This document shows positions 61,584 through 64,000 of a DNA stretch of 64,000 nucleotides, piece after piece (positions within the stretch are counted from its first letter, which is position 1; every line of letters begins with the position of its first letter). Location of the stretch: contig CAXXTB010000001.1 in the NCBI GenBank assembly GCA_963676795.2, forward strand, positions 128,001-192,000, given 5' to 3'. The DNA is from Geopsychrobacteraceae bacterium. GTDB lineage: Bacteria > Desulfobacterota > Desulfuromonadia > Desulfuromonadales > Geopsychrobacteraceae. A model generated the notes under the pieces. It was not told the DNA's origin, did no database searches, and saw only the letters and a program-made list of their open reading frames with translations. Position numbers and translations under genes: made by a program.

Positions 61584-62186
61584 ATGAAAACCAATTTCTG
61601 GAACGCCATAAAAACGAGAAGAACCTATTACGCCCTCAGCAAGGAGCAGGTCACCAGCGATGAAAAGATCGAAGAGATCGTCGCTGAAGCGGTCAAACAT
61701 GTCCCCTCATCCTTCAATTCCCAGAGCGCTCGCGCGGTTGTCCTGCTCGGCGAACAGCACGACAGACTGTGGGACTTAACCAAAGAGGAGCTGAAAAAGC
61801 TTGTTCCGGCAGACAGTTTTCAGACCACCGAGGAGAAGATTAACGGTGCCTTCCGCTGCGGCTACGGCACGATCCTTTATTTTGAGGATATGCAGGTTGT
61901 TGAAGGGCTGCAGCAGAAGTTCCCGCTCTACGCCGATAATTTCCCGGTCTGGTCCAACCAGTCGTCGGGTATGCTCCAGTTCGCCATCTGGTCGGCTCTT
62001 GAAATCGAAGGCTGGGGCGCTTCGCTGCAGCACTACAATCCGGTTATCGACGAGGCGGTCAAAGCCGCCTGGAACATTCCGGCCAGCTGGAAGCTGATCG
62101 CCCAGATGCCGTTTGGTAAACCAGCGGCAGAGCCTGGAGAGAAAGCCTTTCAGCCAGTTGAGGAACGGATGAAAGTGTTCAAATAA
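61584..62186 (+). CDS. Nitroreductase family protein (Frm2/Hbn1-like)
   Basis: RRTYYAL, PSSFNSQS, GASLQHYNP, AQMPFG. Confidence 0.9.
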   Translation: MKTNFWNAIKTRRTYYALSKEQVTSDEKIEEIVAEAVKHVPSSFNSQSARAVVLLGEQHDRLWDLTKEELKKLVPADSFQTTEEKINGAFRCGYGTILYFEDMQVVEGLQQKFPLYADNFPVWSNQSSGMLQFAIWSALEIEGWGASLQHYNPVIDEAVKAAWNIPASWKLIAQMPFGKPAAEPGEKAFQPVEERMKVFK

Positions 62187-62201
62187 CTGCGAACCGGCAA
62201 T

Positions 62202-62246
62202 TCAAGCAACTCAGCAGGCTGCACCTCCGTGCAGCCTGCTGCTTGA
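62202..62246. terminator. Hairpin between convergent genes
   Basis: CAGCAGGCTGCAC-CTCC-GTGCAGCCTGCTG with outer TCAAGC/GCTTGA. Confidence 0.6.
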
Positions 62247-62249
62247 CGA

Positions 62250-62408
62250 TCAAATCGCTTCAAAAAGCGGCTTGTCGACACCGCAGTACGGACAGACCCA
62301 GTCCTCGGGAAGATCCTCAAAAGCGGTTCCCGGAGCCGTGCCGTTGGTTTCATCGCCGACTTCAGGGTCGTAGACATATTTACAGATGGTACAACGATAT
62401 TTTTGCAT
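62250..62408 (-). CDS. Rubredoxin
   Basis: [15 protein letters not shown]...[14 protein letters not shown]; two CxxC; ATG 62408 after GGAG. Confidence 0.95.
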   Translation of the reverse strand: MQKYRCTICKYVYDPEVGDETNGTAPGTAFEDLPEDWVCPYCGVDKPLFEAI

Positions 62409-62759
62409 GAGAAAACTCCATCCTCTAAAGGCAAATGACCGAACCGGGTAGAACTCTAACAAAAACAAAGTGGTGACGACAATAATGCTCACATTTCTTT
62501 TCGGTCGTCGCCAGGGTCAGAATATCCCCTTTGCAAGCCCATCCAAGGATTTTCTGTTCAATCCGACCAACCATCAGCATTGAGCAGACCTGCCCTCATA
62601 ATCGTGCACTCACAGACCGAAGTCCCCCCTGAGAGATTTTTCAAATATGAGTTATACTGAATAATCAAATCAGTCGATAAACAGCCTCGGCAGCCGACCA
62701 TGATGGCCGCGATTTGCCTATTTTATCAATCTTAAACAATACAAAATGGGGGAGATTGA

Positions 62760-63359
62760 ATGGATCAGGAGATACTCGACAGACTTGAACTGAGGACATT
62801 GATAGAAAAATGGGCGATTACCCGCGATGCTTCTTTATGGGATGAGTTCAGAACGGTCTGGCATGAAGATGGAGTTATGACAGCCACCTGGATCGAAACC
62901 CCCTTCGAAAACTTCATTGCCATCACCGACAAGGCCATCAAGGAAAAAGGGCTGAACATCATGCACCATGTCGGGGAAAGTTATATCAAGGTCAAGGGAA
63001 CCAGAGCCGTCACCCAGACCCGCTTCTCAATCCTGCAGAGGGCCATGGTTGAAGGAATCGAATGTGACGTCACCTGTTACGCCCGGCATTATGATTTCTG
63101 GGAGAAAAGAGATACCGGGTGGGGTCTTGTCTTGAGGAAGACCATTGCTGACAAGGACAGAATCGATCCTGTTGATTCACGCGATGTGGTTGAGCTGGAC
63201 AAAGACTATCTCAAACAGTTCCCGGAAGAATATAAGCACCTGGGCTACCTGCAATCGAAAATCGGTTATGACGTCGAAAGGAATGCTCCATGCCGCAGTG
63301 GCGGCGAAGCCCTGGAAAAACTCTACGCCGACGGAGACCGGTGGCTGCGGGGCGACTGA
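62760..63359 (+). CDS. SnoaL-like/NTF2-fold protein
   Basis: LDRLELRTLIEKWAITRD..WDEF..WHEDG, HHVG, YDFWEKR. Confidence 0.8.
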   Translation: MDQEILDRLELRTLIEKWAITRDASLWDEFRTVWHEDGVMTATWIETPFENFIAITDKAIKEKGLNIMHHVGESYIKVKGTRAVTQTRFSILQRAMVEGIECDVTCYARHYDFWEKRDTGWGLVLRKTIADKDRIDPVDSRDVVELDKDYLKQFPEEYKHLGYLQSKIGYDVERNAPCRSGGEALEKLYADGDRWLRGD

Positions 63360-63446
63360 AAAGAAGACCTTCCATTTGTTTTGCTGAAACGCCTCTGATC
63401 TGAACCGGCATCAGATCAGAGGCGCAAGTTTCCACGTGTGGCAATA

Positions 63447-63629
63447 TTACACCCCCAGCTTTCCAAGCAGCTCCGAGAATGACGCGTCAACCGATTTGCC
63501 AGCGGTATCGATCTTCACTACCTCGTTTTCCCATGGTTTATAATGCCTGTTCTGAACCTGTGTCCAGTCGGGGAGTACCAGATTGACTATCGGATAATCC
63601 CGGGTGTTGACCCTAAACTCATGCTCTCG
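63447..63629 (-). pseudogene. C-terminal remnant of an AAA_33/predicted kinase gene
   Basis: Manual translation REHEFRVNTRDYPIVNLVLPDWTQVQNRHYKPWENEVVKIDTAGKSVDASFSELLGKLGV*; P-loop N-terminus absent. Confidence 0.6.
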
Positions 63630-63749
63630 GGTCTCTGGTCGATCCCGCTCAAATGTGCCGTCTTGAGATGATTCAGCAGAATGAAAATGTGCGCCCCACC
63701 AACAGCTGAAAATATCCTGCCGGCGCAGGATTTCAGCGCCCTGAAATCT

Positions 63750-63916
63750 GTTTCCACAGAGTTATCCACAGGGCTTTTTCAGAGCTGTCAATTTTTCAAC
63801 ACAAGCAACATAGGTGCCATAACACATCAATTTAAATAGCTTTTATTTTTCTAATCAGATTCACCTCGAAACCGATCTGGTCATATATAGGAAGTCAGAG
63901 CCTGAAGATATCCACA
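63750..63916 (+). promoter_or_regulatory. DnaA-box module 2
   Basis: GTTTCCACA-3 bp-TTATCCACA (63762) and ATATCCACA (63908), with an AT-rich centre. Confidence 0.68.
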
Positions 63917-64000
63917 TTTTTTGTTCTGACCTATCGTCGAAAATTGACCGCATGGCTTGGCTGCCAGAACGGTTCCGGTCTATACTTCTGAGACTCTCAG

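Noticed and set aside
59489..63916. DnaA boxes as the replication origin
   Set aside because: Few boxes per cluster and no origin-linked genes in the window; not fully excluded because module 2 is near the window edge

Overview
About 55% GC bacterial chromosome segment. Gene content and the intergenic repeat family suggest a Desulfuromonadales/Geobacter-like deltaproteobacterium (inference). Housekeeping and metabolic genes: hrcA-grpE-dnaK-dnaJ with a perfect CIRCE box, hemW, aroC, rbgA, trxB, pyk, ppc, ilvB with a leader-peptide attenuator, modE-modABC, Moco genes, split feoB with a DtxR-FeoA regulator, mprF, two NhaD antiporters and a MarR-DoxX-pirin-nitroreductase cluster. Two poorly characterised multi-gene systems stand out: a five-gene circularly permuted ATP-grasp/alpha-E/transglutaminase/DUF2126 operon, and a coupled trio of signal-less binding protein, Cys-rich HypB/UreG-like GTPase and ABC ATPase with no permease. 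Notable non-coding features: seven copies of a ~57-bp REP-like element often coupled to a ~141-bp MITE-like element, two datA-like DnaA-box modules with conserved geometry, a candidate nhaA-I-type riboswitch and two pseudogenes. No rRNA, tRNA, CRISPR array, transposase or integrase was recognised. All calls were made by eye without database searches.
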